DNA from: an uncultured virus (IMG/VR IMGVR_UViG_3300042691_017862)
Taxonomy: Duplodnaviria; Heunggongvirae; Uroviricota; Caudoviricetes
Strand: one strand, 5' to 3'
DNA length: 64,000 nt
IMG/VR virus record: IMGVR_UViG_3300042691_017862
The number at the start of each line of letters is the position of its first letter. The first letter of the stretch is position 1. Below are positions 1-8,013 of the stretch, in pieces. The notes beneath the pieces are model-generated. The model was not told the origin of the DNA and made no database searches. It was given only the letters and a program-made list of their open reading frames with translations. Made by a program: the position numbers and the translations under genes.

Positions 1-24
1 GACTACTCAATGGATAGCCAATAG

Positions 25-66
25 TTATCCACCAACTTATCCACCAGATCGTAGAGTTATCCACCA
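25..66 (+). repeat. Three direct repeats TTATCCACCA (DnaA-box-like) near the window start
   Basis: TTATCCACCA at 25-34, 37-46 and 57-66; further TTATCCA at 139 and 156; first 9 nt differ from the DnaA box TTATCCACA at one position. Confidence 0.7.
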
Positions 67-206
67 GATGAGGGAGCATGGGGAATATCAATGAGATTAG
101 TTTAGTGATAGTCTACTTCTATCATCTATGATTATCATTTATCCATTCATTTAGTTTATCCATCTTTTTAGTTGACACCTCATCTGGTCTACTATATATA
201 GATGCA

Positions 207-311
207 ATGAAACACATCATTATTAGTTTACTTATATCGTTTGTCACTCTTTTCGCTGTAATGGCTGCCACGCAGCGTTTTGCTAGTATACTCGTGTCAA
301 TGCCTCACTAA
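207..311 (+). CDS. Small hydrophobic 34-aa protein, possibly leaderless
   Basis: Hand-translated MKHIIISLLISFVTLFAVMAATQRFASILVSMPH*; TTGACA(172)-17 bp-TATATA(195-200) ends 6 nt before the ATG. Confidence 0.4.
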   Translation: MKHIIISLLISFVTLFAVMAATQRFASILVSMPH

Positions 312-371
312 TCAGATCATGGGCTTAAATCGCCTTATAAAGCAAAGCCATTCAACTAATATCGTTGTGGC

Positions 372-477
372 TGTCTATTTTGTATACACTGTCTAAAGTC
401 TATACACTTTTTACCCTCAACTAATATCATTGATATGTAATGATTACGCTATGTTATAGCTTGGCACAGCCTATGCA
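372..477 (+). promoter_or_regulatory. sigma54-type promoter P1 with tandem upstream palindromic boxes
   Basis: TGGCAC-AGCCT-ATGCA at 462-477 (GG and GC 12 bp apart); boxes TGTCTATTTTGTATACA 372-388 and TGTCTAAAGTCTATACA 390-406. Confidence 0.8.
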
Positions 478-519
478 TTATTAATCTGTAACGGGGAGTT
501 AACCCGAGGGAGTTAGAAT

Positions 520-666
520 ATGAGTAAACAAGAAGCTGTTAATGAAATCAATTTATTGAAACAAAAAATGCTAAATGATAACTTGACTCAAATCGAATAT
601 AATCGCTGCCTAGTTGCATTGATTGCATTATATGAGTCTGCATTAAACCCAAAAGTAGAGGAGTAA
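520..666 (+). CDS. Early hypothetical protein (48 aa, below ORF-track cutoff)
   Basis: GGGAG SD then MSKQEAVNEINLLKQKML...; first gene after P1. Confidence 0.65.
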   Translation: MSKQEAVNEINLLKQKMLNDNLTQIEYNRCLVALIALYESALNPKVEE

Positions 667-670
667 TACA

Positions 671-859
671 ATGAAAACAGTTTATCAAGTTGGTTATAGT
701 TCAGACAACAATTGGGTATACTTGGCAGAGTCAACGCTTTCCGTTGAAGAGGCTCGCAACGAATTGCATAGCATTCTACGCGCCGAGTCGTGCTATCAAT
801 CGGAATGGTTGAATAATTTTAGATATGTTGAAACTAAATACATTGAGGAGATCAACTAA
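671..859 (+). CDS. Early hypothetical protein
   Basis: ORF track; GAGGAG SD. Confidence 0.7.
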   Translation: MKTVYQVGYSSDNNWVYLAESTLSVEEARNELHSILRAESCYQSEWLNNFRYVETKYIEEIN

Positions 860-1018
860 ATGAAACAGGTTGAGCTTGAAATGTGGACACTCAAATATCA
901 ATTTGATTCGTTGATGCGTCAACTAATGACATGTAACGACTCTACTAAACGAAAAGAGTTGCAGGAGTCAATGGCTTCGGTTACTCGTAAACTAGATAAG
1001 TTGAATAAGGAGAACTAA
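860..1018 (+). CDS. Early hypothetical protein (52 aa)
   Basis: GAGGAG SD; MKQVELEMWTLKYQFDSLMRQL...; abuts both neighbours. Confidence 0.6.
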   Translation: MKQVELEMWTLKYQFDSLMRQLMTCNDSTKRKELQESMASVTRKLDKLNKEN

Positions 1019-1240
1019 ATGAAATCACTTAAGAAAGAATTCCCAAATCAAGTATATTCGTTGAATGCGCCAGCCAGCTCATATTCAACTGAAATCCTTA
1101 AGTCTGAACTAAAATCGTTGAGACGCTGCTGGATGATCAACTTGAAATTAAATCACACTAAATCAGTTGATTCACTAATGAAGTGTATAAACGAAATTAG
1201 TGGAGAACTTAAACTAAGATCATCACAAGGAGTAAAGTAA
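1019..1240 (+). CDS. Early hypothetical protein
   Basis: ORF track; AAGGAG SD. Confidence 0.7.
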   Translation: MKSLKKEFPNQVYSLNAPASSYSTEILKSELKSLRRCWMINLKLNHTKSVDSLMKCINEISGELKLRSSQGVK

Positions 1241-1552
1241 ATGAATAACGTTGTATATGTAGACTTTAAACAAAAAGCGTTGAAACCATACAATAAACGA
1301 GAATCGTTGAAAACTAAATGGGATAGAGTTGATCAACTAGATAAGTGGATTACTTCAACGTTAACCATTAAACAATTTGATCAGTATACAAAATCAACTA
1401 ATTTCATGGTGCGCGCTCAATCTTTAAAAAAGATAACTAAATCATTTAAGTTGAACAAGCATGCAAGCGAAATGATTGACCTTATCAACGAAATTCGTTT
1501 AGAACAAAATACAATGGAAAAGGTTTACACTTCCAATGATGTGCCTTTTTAA
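1241..1552 (+). CDS. Early hypothetical protein
   Basis: ORF track; AAGGAG SD. Confidence 0.7.
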   Translation: MNNVVYVDFKQKALKPYNKRESLKTKWDRVDQLDKWITSTLTIKQFDQYTKSTNFMVRAQSLKKITKSFKLNKHASEMIDLINEIRLEQNTMEKVYTSNDVPF

Positions 1553-1631
1553 TAGACACTTGACTAAACTTTTGACACCTAAAAGGTCTCTATTCAAATA
1601 TAACGTCGTATAAGCTGGCACAGCACGTGCA
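1542..1631 (+). promoter_or_regulatory. sigma54-type promoter P2 with tandem boxes
   Basis: TGGCAC-AGCAC-GTGCA 1616-1631; boxes TGCCTTTTTAATAGACA 1542-1558 and TGACTAAACTTTTGACA 1561-1577. Confidence 0.8.
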
Positions 1632-1658
1632 ATATAGTAAGTCAGGAGATAACAAAAA

Positions 1659-2279
1659 ATGAAACAACTAATCAAACGCAAAAACAAATTTTCCAAAAAC
1701 ATCCACCACGTATTGAGCCTAGCTAATTCAACGGATTTCGTTGAGGGTGAGAAGTGGTATCGCGACGCTCGATTGTATAGTTTTGAACTATCAAAAAAGT
1801 ATGGCATTTCTTTTCGCAAAGTGTGCGCAATTCTCGCAGCGTTATCGCCAAGAAACAAGTGGCAACGAAACAAGGAAGATGCTGAAACGCTCATTCAAGA
1901 GTGTCTTGGTTTAATCCCTTATGGGAAATTTGCAACTTACGGCGCAATGGTAGACAAGGCGCGTAAAGTGTTTCATTCAAAAGTTGATAGTATCCAAACA
2001 ATGTTAAAAATTCTTAACGGTCAAAAAATTTCAGCTTTTTTCCTTAATATCTATGATTCTAATAGTCAATGTGTGACAGTAGATAGCTGGATTCAACTAA
2101 TTTCATTGGGCGAATACCTTGCGGTAGATAAACGACCGTCGTTGACTAAAACCGATTACAAGTTGATTGAGGAAACCATCAAAGAACTTGCCTCAACTAA
2201 AAAGGTTGCGCCTCCAGTAATGCAAGCTGTTCTATGGATTTCGTTTAAAAGAATGACGGAACAAAAAGATTTCAACTAG
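1659..2279 (+). CDS. Conserved phage protein with HhH-type DNA glycosylase-like features
   Basis: Motifs AALSPRNKWQRN, K-x-x-x-F, VTVDSW and MQAVLW resemble HhH-GPD-like phage proteins. Confidence 0.5.
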   Translation: MKQLIKRKNKFSKNIHHVLSLANSTDFVEGEKWYRDARLYSFELSKKYGISFRKVCAILAALSPRNKWQRNKEDAETLIQECLGLIPYGKFATYGAMVDKARKVFHSKVDSIQTMLKILNGQKISAFFLNIYDSNSQCVTVDSWIQLISLGEYLAVDKRPSLTKTDYKLIEETIKELASTKKVAPPVMQAVLWISFKRMTEQKDFN

Positions 2280-2432
2280 AAAGGTTTAATTTATGGAAAT
2301 GTTATATACTATTTACTTTTTTGATGGCACAAAAATTGATCTGAAAACTTCAGATAATGAAATTCACATTCTACTAGAAAAGTGTAATGATTCAATTGAA
2401 AGCATTGAATTAGCGTAAAGGATTTTAACTAA

Positions 2433-2627
2433 ATGAAATTAACTGAATTAAGGAAAATGGTTGAACTTGCACAAAATGGCACAAGAGAAGATAAACTATT
2501 AGTGTTTAATTACTTAATCGATCAAGTTGAATTAAATGAACAGTTAAATTTTGGTGAACGAAAATTGTTGAGCGCATTGCGCGACGAACTTTTAAATGAA
2601 AATTGTTTACTCCAAAAGTCGGACTAG
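2433..2627 (+). CDS. Early hypothetical protein
   Basis: ORF track; AAGGA SD. Confidence 0.6.
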   Translation: MKLTELRKMVELAQNGTREDKLLVFNYLIDQVELNEQLNFGERKLLSALRDELLNENCLLQKSD

Positions 2628-2652
2628 TTACCCGACTTCCTTTCAACGAATT

Positions 2653-2689
2653 CCGTTGATGCAAGAAATTGTGTCAACGGTTTTTGTTT
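2653..2689 (+). terminator. Rho-independent terminator
   Basis: CCGTTGATGCAA-GAAA-TTGTGTCAACGG followed by TTTTTGTTT. Confidence 0.8.
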
Positions 2690-2902
2690 ATTTAACTACT
2701 CAACTAAATTCGTTTAATGATTCAATGATTTTCGTTGAGCGTTTATTTTTCGATTTAAGGGCATGATCTTTTTTAGTGGTGGAAGTATTACTATTAAAAA
2801 AACTATCGGGAAATCGAAACGTCGCGCAAATTTTTGTATTATATCGTTGTCTAAACATATTTTGAAACTATACTATCAGAACTATACAAAAAACTCGGAA
2901 AG

Positions 2903-2993
2903 TGTAAAAAATATAGTCAATCGGCTAATTTTTACACACCGAAAACTTGTCAGACTCATTTTAAAGGTGTTACAGACTGGCATGGTGCATGCA
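2903..2993 (+). promoter_or_regulatory. sigma54-type promoter P3 with tandem boxes
   Basis: TGGCAT-GGTGC-ATGCA 2978-2993; boxes TGTAAAAAATATAGTCA 2903-2919 and CGGCTAATTTTTACACA 2922-2938. Confidence 0.75.
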
Positions 2994-3025
2994 TTATATA
3001 ATATCAGAAAAGGTAGGAAGTAAAA

Positions 3026-3325
3026 ATGAATAAAACAGAAGTAAATGTATACTATTTGAATATAAACGGACTATTCGGAAGAAACCGAAAAGTTAAACGA
3101 GAAGTGTTTAGTCTTATTGAGAAACCTTTTGATGCGCCGATTTTAGGAGAAGATGCGCTTGACTTACTGGTATCAATGAAATTAAATGATATTAAACTAA
3201 AATACGGTAAAGCTAGTGTTACAATGAATAAAGTTACAATAGAAAACGATAATGGTATAATCATTAGAAGTCAATTACTTCACTTTAATGTTGCGCCGAT
3301 CAAAACTTATGAAATCAAACAATAA
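3026..3325 (+). CDS. Early hypothetical protein
   Basis: ORF track; directly downstream of P3. Confidence 0.7.
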   Translation: MNKTEVNVYYLNINGLFGRNRKVKREVFSLIEKPFDAPILGEDALDLLVSMKLNDIKLKYGKASVTMNKVTIENDNGIIIRSQLLHFNVAPIKTYEIKQ

Positions 3326-3341
3326 AAAGGAGAAAATAAAA

Positions 3342-3536
3342 ATGAATAAAGTAAATACAACGAAAAAGGTTTATCAAGTGTGGCGTAATGTTCCATCATG
3401 GACAAAAAAAGGTGAAACGGAAAGCATTGTATATAAAGAATGCGAAACGCTTACAGATGCTGGATATTTTCAATTTGAACTAATTAAAGCCGGAAATGAA
3501 ACTTGGCTACAAATTGTCGAAAATATTAACAAGTGA
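3342..3536 (+). CDS. Early hypothetical protein (likely start MNKVNT)
   Basis: AAGGAG SD precedes ATG at 3342, within ORF 3288..3536. Confidence 0.65.
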   Translation: MNKVNTTKKVYQVWRNVPSWTKKGETESIVYKECETLTDAGYFQFELIKAGNETWLQIVENINK

Positions 3537-3604
3537 CCAAAACTTAGACACTCTTTTAAGCTCATTTCAATTATAACACTGTTAAACTTGGCATGCAGCA
3601 TGCA
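3515..3604 (+). promoter_or_regulatory. sigma54-type promoter P4 with tandem boxes
   Basis: TGGCAT-GCAGC-ATGCA 3589-3604; boxes TGTCGAAAATATTAACA 3515-3531 and TGACCAAAACTTAGACA 3534-3550. Confidence 0.8.
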
Positions 3605-3649
3605 ATATATACTAATAACAATAGGCGATAAGCCGGAACGGAATGAAAC

Positions 3650-4390
3650 ATGAATACTGAAATCACGACACTAGACACGAAACTCGAAACACTATCAAAT
3701 AAATACAAGGTGGCATCAACTAAAGCCATTGCGCAAAAATTTAAAGATTTAGGGTTTACTGTAGATAAGTATCAAGAGGCAAAAGTTAGACGCGCATCTA
3801 AAAAAGGATACCAAAAGCATCTTGTAACATTGTCAAACGACACGCTATTAGGTGGAACTAAAAACGGAACTAAATTGCAAGTGTTAGTCACTAATAGTCA
3901 TGATGGAACTTCTAGTCTAGTTATCCAATTGGGAGTCTATCGCTTTGCATGCGCTAACGGCTTAATTGTAGGCGAAACTTTTGAAAAAATTAATATTCGA
4001 CACACTGGAGATATTGTCGAAAAAATTGAAGAGAATGTAATGAGAATCGTTGCACAAGCGAATCGATTGAATGATGTACTTGAAAAAATGAAATCGACAC
4101 AACTTGACGCGGAAAAAACACGAGAATTTTTTGATCGTGCGGTAAAATTGCGATACGAGAATAAAACATCAAGTGACGTGGAAATTCCAGTATTGCGCGA
4201 AGCCGATGAAGGAAACAATGTATTCAACCTTTTTAATAGAGTACAAGAATCGTTGATTCGTGGTGGACAAAAGGCAAAAAATAAACGCGGAAATCTGAGA
4301 ACAGTTAAGGAAGTAACGTCAATTGATACTCTTAAGCGTATTAATGAGGGTTTATTTGATCTAGCCGTAGAATATTCAAACGCGGCATAA
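3650..4390 (+). CDS. DUF932/DUF945-family phage/plasmid early protein
   Basis: Signature NSHDGTSS...GVYRFACANGL...IRHTG and FNRVQESLIRGG. Confidence 0.8.
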   Translation: MNTEITTLDTKLETLSNKYKVASTKAIAQKFKDLGFTVDKYQEAKVRRASKKGYQKHLVTLSNDTLLGGTKNGTKLQVLVTNSHDGTSSLVIQLGVYRFACANGLIVGETFEKINIRHTGDIVEKIEENVMRIVAQANRLNDVLEKMKSTQLDAEKTREFFDRAVKLRYENKTSSDVEIPVLREADEGNNVFNLFNRVQESLIRGGQKAKNKRGNLRTVKEVTSIDTLKRINEGLFDLAVEYSNAA

Positions 4391-4415
4391 TTTCCTAATA
4401 GAGAGTATTTAAACG

Positions 4416-4456
4416 AAGTCCGTTGACCTGCTGGGTTGACGGGCTTTTTTGTTTTT
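4416..4456 (+). terminator. Rho-independent terminator
   Basis: AAGTCCGTTGACC-TGCTG-GGTTGACGGGCTT then T tract. Confidence 0.75.
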
Positions 4457-4589
4457 AAACGCTTGAAATTCCCTTGATGCAATTACCCTAGTCTTCCTTT
4501 TCATGGTCAGAAATCGAAACGTCGCTCAAATTTTTGGGCATTATAGAACACTTTAAACGCGCTTTAAAATGTCTTATAAAACACCATAT

Positions 4590-4680
4590 TGTAAAAAGTT
4601 TAGACACCTGTATACTATTTACATACCTATCCTGTATTATCTCGAATATAAGCGGCGCACAGCTTGGCACAGTCAATGCA
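4590..4680 (+). promoter_or_regulatory. sigma54-type promoter P5 with tandem boxes
   Basis: TGGCAC-AGTCA-ATGCA 4665-4680; boxes TGTAAAAAGTTTAGACA 4590-4606 and TGTATACTATTTACATA 4609-4625. Confidence 0.8.
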
Positions 4681-4724
4681 TTATAGTAATACAAGAACGG
4701 TAAGCAAGCCGAACGGAGAATTAA

Positions 4725-4868
4725 ATGCTATACACATTATTATATACATGCAAAGATTGTAACTTACAATGGGAAGACATTTTCGAAGAAAAGTATGGAG
4801 AATGTGATGATGAATGTGAAAATTGCGGAAAAGCAATGACACCTATTAAAAATGAATGGAGAAAATAA
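4725..4868 (+). CDS. Small zinc-ribbon-like protein (47 aa)
   Basis: Hand-translated MLYTLLYTCKDC...ECENCGK with two CxxC pairs; GGAG SD; first gene after P5. Confidence 0.6.
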   Translation: MLYTLLYTCKDCNLQWEDIFEEKYGECDDECENCGKAMTPIKNEWRK

Positions 4869-4869
4869 A

Positions 4870-5166
4870 ATGAAACGTATTATCACAATGAATATGGGAA
4901 AAGGTGAAATGATTCGAATGGTTTTTCACAATGATTCCGGTCACGAATGGTTATCATGTAAAAAGAAACTATTAAATGATCTAGGTTTATCGGAAAAGAT
5001 TAGTGCATTTTCTTATCAAAAGGGAAAAACTGCATACTTAGAAGGAGATCTTGACGCTCAAATTTTAATCGAAAAGTTAATGCAAGAAAATTATTCTTTT
5101 TTAATAGTTGACGGCGCATATCGTAGAAGCTCACCTATTAGAAATTACGAAAGGTTTACAAAATGA
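4870..5166 (+). CDS. Conserved phage early protein
   Basis: Motifs DSGHEWL and SYQ...AYLEGDLDA resemble a recurrent small phage family (DPGHGWL...YLEEDCDA). Confidence 0.55.
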   Translation: MKRIITMNMGKGEMIRMVFHNDSGHEWLSCKKKLLNDLGLSEKISAFSYQKGKTAYLEGDLDAQILIEKLMQENYSFLIVDGAYRRSSPIRNYERFTK

Positions 5167-5429
5167 GTGAAGAAAATTTTACAGTGTTTACAGCCAAAAA
5201 AACTTTTGATACTTCACTCGGTACAATTCGAGTATATTCTAAAAGCGACGGAATGACAATAGGAAGCGCGGAAAATGAAATAGATGCTTTACTTGATGCA
5301 TTAAAGTACAAGGAACAAAGACAACGATATTATCAAAATAAATACAATAATCTTTTAAAAAGACTCGAAACGGCACAACTTGTATTGTTAGAAGAAGTTA
5401 ACGAACATTGTGATTGTAAAGAATATTAA
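5163..5429 (+). CDS. Hypothetical protein
   Basis: ORF track; ATGA overlap with upstream gene. Confidence 0.65.
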   Translation: MSEENFTVFTAKKTFDTSLGTIRVYSKSDGMTIGSAENEIDALLDALKYKEQRQRYYQNKYNNLLKRLETAQLVLLEEVNEHCDCKEY

Positions 5430-5441
5430 GGAGAAAAAGAA

Positions 5442-5669
5442 ATGAATAATACAAAAACAAAAGGTACAGTAAAATGGTTTAACGACGCAAAAGGATACGG
5501 CTTTATTAGTACAGAAACGATCAACGATATTTTTGTACACTATAGCGCAATTATAACCGACGGGTTTAAGACACTATCAGAAGGCGAAACGGTAGAATTC
5601 GAATTGAAGCTTGACAAAAAAGGAAGTCCGCAAGCTTGGGAAGTGACAAAGGAACAATATGAAGGATGA
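5442..5669 (+). CDS. cspA: Cold-shock domain protein
   Basis: [15 protein letters not shown] (RNP1), DIFVHYSAI (RNP2), [13 protein letters not shown]. Confidence 0.95.
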   Translation: MNNTKTKGTVKWFNDAKGYGFISTETINDIFVHYSAIITDGFKTLSEGETVEFELKLDKKGSPQAWEVTKEQYEG

Positions 5670-5801
5670 AATGAATTTAGTTGAATTAGAAGCTCACCTT
5701 GTAACACTCGAAGGGTACGCGCAAAAAAGCTTACCCGACGATATTAAAGAAAAACTAGAAACTGAAATAGCATTTTGGAAAAAAGAACTGGAGAAAATTA
5801 A

Positions 5802-6020
5802 ATGAAAAAATCACACAGTATTGCATTAGGTGAATATTTAAGCTGGTATGATGAAAGTCTAACATATAACGACATTGTGCATGCATTATACAATAACAAT
5901 GAAACAATGGAAAAAATAACAATATGGGAACCTTTTGAATACAGTCCAACGGAATTCGTTGCAGAACAAATCGAGTCTTTAGTTAGAAGTATTGAATCAA
6001 ATTATGGAAAAGAGGAATAA
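5802..6020 (+). CDS. Hypothetical protein
   Basis: ORF track; GGAG SD. Confidence 0.65.
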   Translation: MKKSHSIALGEYLSWYDESLTYNDIVHALYNNNETMEKITIWEPFEYSPTEFVAEQIESLVRSIESNYGKEE

Positions 6021-6189
6021 AACAATGAAAATTAAAAGCGCAACAATCGGAAATAATACATTGACAATGAAATCACATCAAGGCATTTATTATATATTGC
6101 ACAATGACTTGTGTGTAACGAATTCAGTTGAGTACAAATATATCAGCGATCTTTTCGACAAATTTTTGACTCAACTAAAAGGATAGAAT

Positions 6190-6453
6190 ATGAAACAAAT
6201 TGACTTGAATAGCTTATTACGAGATATTGAAATAAATCATATTAGAACAGCATTGGAACACACAGAAGAGAATGTTGCCAGTGCTGCTAAATTATTAGGA
6301 TTAAAAAGGACAACATTAATCCGTAGAATATCAGTATTAAATATACAAATGAATAGACCGAAAAGGACTTACATTCCTGAAGAAAAGTCTATTAATAATC
6401 CTTTTCTTGTTCGACACAAAAACAATATTGAAGACGATCTGTGGAATGAATAG
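6190..6453 (+). CDS. Stand-alone Fis-type (HTH_8) DNA-binding protein resembling a bEBP C-terminal domain
   Basis: IDLNSLLRDIEINHIRTALEHTEENVASAAKLLGLKRTTLIRRI matches the E..I..AL....GNV..AA..LG..R.TL pattern; no AAA+ domain. Confidence 0.85.
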   Translation: MKQIDLNSLLRDIEINHIRTALEHTEENVASAAKLLGLKRTTLIRRISVLNIQMNRPKRTYIPEEKSINNPFLVRHKNNIEDDLWNE

Positions 6454-6529
6454 ACACTTGACTAAACTTTAGACACTTAAAAAGTGCCAGCTCGAATATG
6501 ACTCACATAGAGGTGGCACAGCTCATGCA
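6440..6529 (+). promoter_or_regulatory. sigma54-type promoter P6 with tandem boxes
   Basis: TGGCAC-AGCTC-ATGCA 6514-6529; boxes TGTGGAATGAATAGACA 6440-6456 and TGACTAAACTTTAGACA 6459-6475. Confidence 0.8.
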
Positions 6530-6555
6530 ATATAGTAATACAGGAGAATGATGAA

Positions 6556-7230
6556 ATGCAAAAACTAGAAACATCAGTAAAATTAAAGCAACTTCTTTTA
6601 GACATCGAACTTGATTATATTAATCGAGCATTACATACAACATCAGGTATGGTTCAAAATGCTGCTAATCTATTGGGAGTAAAAAGAACAGCTCTTTCTA
6701 TGAGACTAGCTTTTTTTGGTGATAAAATCATTATGCCAAAAAAAATTAAAACTATTACTAAAAAAGAAATTATAGCACAAGAAAGAAAAAAAAGAATGCA
6801 AGAAAGGAGAATTGCAAAAGAAGCGAAAATACTAGAAAATGAAAAAATGCGGATTGAAAGGGAAGAAAAAAGAATACTAAAAGATCAACTAAAAAAAGAA
6901 AGTTTGGAATTATTATCAAGTAAAAAGACAAAAAAAGAACTGGAGCAATACATTCCTTTACCGTTTAATCCAGTTGACAAAATTAGGTATAATGATTGGA
7001 CTAATAAAGATACTTATTTGTGTGCCTGTGCAATTGAAAATATGACAGAGCATTTTATTAGAAAAGTTATTTTAATTGCGAGAAGTGATCAAGGGATTAA
7101 CACCAAAAAAAGAATATTGAATGTTTTAGCTGAAAGTGGTAGCACAGATAAGTTTAAAGTAGTCAATGTAAATTTTAATGAAATCGCAAACGAATATAAG
7201 AATGTAAAAATTAAGCTTAGAATAAGATAA
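6556..7230 (+). CDS. Fis-type HTH protein with coiled-coil and C-terminal domain of unknown function
   Basis: LKQLLLDIELDYINRALHTTSGMVQNAANLLGVKRTALSMRL then K/E-rich coiled coil; directly downstream of P6. Confidence 0.8.
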   Translation: MQKLETSVKLKQLLLDIELDYINRALHTTSGMVQNAANLLGVKRTALSMRLAFFGDKIIMPKKIKTITKKEIIAQERKKRMQERRIAKEAKILENEKMRIEREEKRILKDQLKKESLELLSSKKTKKELEQYIPLPFNPVDKIRYNDWTNKDTYLCACAIENMTEHFIRKVILIARSDQGINTKKRILNVLAESGSTDKFKVVNVNFNEIANEYKNVKIKLRIR

Positions 7231-7740
7231 TAAAAGGAGAATGAAAAAATGAAAGTAACTTTAGAACTAACAGAAACACAAGCTTGGACATTGACAGAGA
7301 TCGTATCTCAATTTGTTGATGAGCTTGGAACTGATTCCGATTTAGTAGATGATGGAGCAAAGCTTTACGAGCTTATTATTGACGCAAGAAGTAAAAAGGA
7401 GAATGAATAATGAAATATCCAATTGTATACAAGCAACTAAAATTGTTGATCAAGATTTGGGAAAAGCACGGAGGCGATGATAAAGAAGCCGTGATTAAAA
7501 TGATGAAAGAATCAATGAAAGAAATCGAACAGCAAATGAACTTTGAGGATTAAATGAACTATAAAATTGAAATACACAAAGCATCAAACGGTAAAAAAGG
7601 GTATGTTGTAATGATCGATTTTTTCCAAGATACCAGAAGCAAATATGCGGCAACATACTGCGTCAATGTTTCAACAAAAAAGGAAGCTAAAGAATGGGAA
7701 CAAAAAAACAAAGAGTGGTTAAGAAATACCGCTCGAAACT

Positions 7741-8013
7741 TTGTGGGAGTCTAAAATGAAAAGCGGAACACTAAAATTTAAGAATGAGCCAATTGATCTA
7801 GGTGACGTTACGTATTACGTAAATGGAGAAGCTAGATTCATTGTAGACAAAAACTATGGAGCAGATGCAGACGGCAATAGAGGACACACAGCGACGTGGT
7901 TTGAACTAGATGACGTTGAAATACTAGACGAGAACAAAAAAGAAGTAATGGTATACAAAGAACAGGCTGCGGTATTAGATTATATCGAAAATAACTGGGA
8001 GAATTTCACATGA
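7741..8013 (+). CDS. Hypothetical phage protein
   Basis: ORF track; motif NYGADADGNRG. Confidence 0.6.
   Translation: MWESKMKSGTLKFKNEPIDLGDVTYYVNGEARFIVDKNYGADADGNRGHTATWFELDDVEILDENKKEVMVYKEQAAVLDYIENNWENFT

Noticed and set aside
2763..3023. 86-aa ORF in the track
   Set aside because: No SD; it runs through the hairpin, boxes and P3 promoter, so it is likely spurious
420..6513. Exact IHF sites between the boxes and the -24 elements
   Set aside because: A loose TC(A/G)AWTAT motif recurs at ~1594, 3567, 4642 and 6492, but it does not match WATCAA-N4-TTR well enough to call
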